A stretch of 64,000 bases of DNA. It comes from Mobula birostris. Taxonomy: Eukaryota. A model generated the notes under the pieces. The model was not told the DNA's origin. It saw only the letters and a program-made list of their open reading frames with translations, and did no database searches. Made by a program: the position numbers and the translations under genes. This document shows, piece after piece, positions 62,690 through 64,000 of this stretch; the first letter of the stretch is position 1, and every line of letters starts with the position of its first letter. Location: positions 42,452,777 to 42,516,776 of the forward strand of contig NC_092390.1 of the NCBI RefSeq assembly GCF_030028105.1, in the 5' to 3' direction.

Positions 62690-63515
62690 GAGCTTAGGAG
62701 GGTTAATGGCACCTAAGGGCGACTCCTTTGTTTGTATCTACAGAAACAGCTCTATTGCCATCTTTAATATCTCTATTTTTCTCTTTCAAGGTTCCTTTGA
62801 AGACCCTGATCTGGAGTTACATGCTGACTACAGTTCTTTGCAGGAATGGGACCCGCTCTCGGGTTTCCATGGTTGGCCATTGTTGTTCAGCATGCCAAAG
62901 GCTCTGCCTAAGAGTCTGGCTTGGATTCAGAAGCCTGGGATCTCGGGGCTCTGGAGACGGGCGGTCCGATGGTTGGTGTCACAACAGGAGTCCTATGTGC
63001 CGTCGGGGGAGTCAGGTTATCTGTGACTGTGTGGCTGGAGACCCCGGATCTTTGAGATCTTCAGGCACGGAGCTCAAAAAAAGCGATGTAACGGACTTTT
63101 AACATTGTAAACTAGCGAGTTGTTTGTATTGTCTCTCTGCTCGCTGGAAAAATGGAGACACCTCTTCCTCCCTTATTAGGGAGAGAGAGAGAACCTGCGG
63201 TACGTCAAATACTGGGTAAAATGCAAAGTCTTTGGGGTAACTGCAAGTCTGTGTCTTTGCTATTGCTTTGCTCATGCCTGAGTGCTTGGTGGTGGTGCTG
63301 ATGCTTTTTTTGCAGGTGGGGGAGGGGGATTGTTGTTGACTGCCGCTTACTCGTGGGACGGAGGGGAGCTGGGGGGGTACTTTGGGGTTCTAACATTTAA
63401 CTGTCATTCATTCTTTGGGGCACTCCTCTGTTTTCATGGATGGCTGCCAAGGAAAAGCATTTCAGGATGTATATTGTATACATTCCTCTGACATTAAATT
63501 GTACCTTTGGACCTA
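62690..63515 (+). mobile_element. Non-autonomous retroelement with Rex1-like tail
   Basis: CpG-containing, non-coding; 3' end GGATGTATATTGTATACATTCCTCTGACATTAAA also occurs as a truncated insertion at 29478-29632. Confidence 0.65.
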
Positions 63516-64000
63516 ACATGTTTCTGCCTCAGGTAAAATCCAATCTAAATTCTCATCTGTAGTTCCCAACCCCTATGCCCCCCAGCATCTCCTCCTCAGC
63601 CCCCTTACTGCAACCATCCTCAGTAAGTCTGGAAAAAATTATGGAGCCAAATGCATCTGTTAGGTCAACAAAACTCACATTGGAACTGACAACATTCTAC
63701 TCTGATTTTCTTGACCAGCCATGGCAAATATCTCCAATGTGCACATGTTGAAGCTGGAGCCAACTACTGTGTTCATTTGCTCATCCTTGCAGTTTGGGAA
63801 TGCCTACAATTATTCCTAGATTACAACTCAGATTCATCACCACACATACCTCTTCCAGATGAATTGGCAACTTGAGACCATCACATTGTTGCACGTGGTT
63901 TCCGCTGACAGCTCTTTTCGGGTAAGTGTGAACTTAAAGGCAGATGTGACATAACCAATTGTAACATTTTAGATCAATATAAAGTCTCTGATACTCTGAT

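Overview
Eukaryotic, repeat-dense (roughly half or more transposon-derived) intronic/intergenic DNA. The repeat families (CR1/HER1-type LINEs with (CTATTGT)n/(CTATGTTT)n tails, V-SINE/HE1-like tRNA SINEs, Rex1/Babar LINEs, abundant Penelope-like elements) point to a cartilaginous fish, most likely a ray (inference). No intact host gene is recognisable; nearly all listed ORFs are retroelement fragments or their antisense shadows. Other elements: a decayed Gypsy pol with PPT and LTR, a Tc1 transposase pseudogene, a hAT/Charlie composite, and two very old DIRS/Ngaro-like tyrosine-recombinase retroelement remnants. The most notable signal is about a dozen minimal hammerhead-ribozyme motifs (CTGANGA...GAAA-CGTC) in Penelope pseudo-LTRs, some intact. 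They occur in TSD-flanked inverted (fold-back) insertions, including a palindromic mini-element, a 33-bp collapsed footprint, and a Penelope-RTE-Penelope chimera with a second hammerhead family. Several near-perfect hairpins and a few speculative minus-strand exons are also reported. Boundaries of old repeats were read by eye and are approximate.
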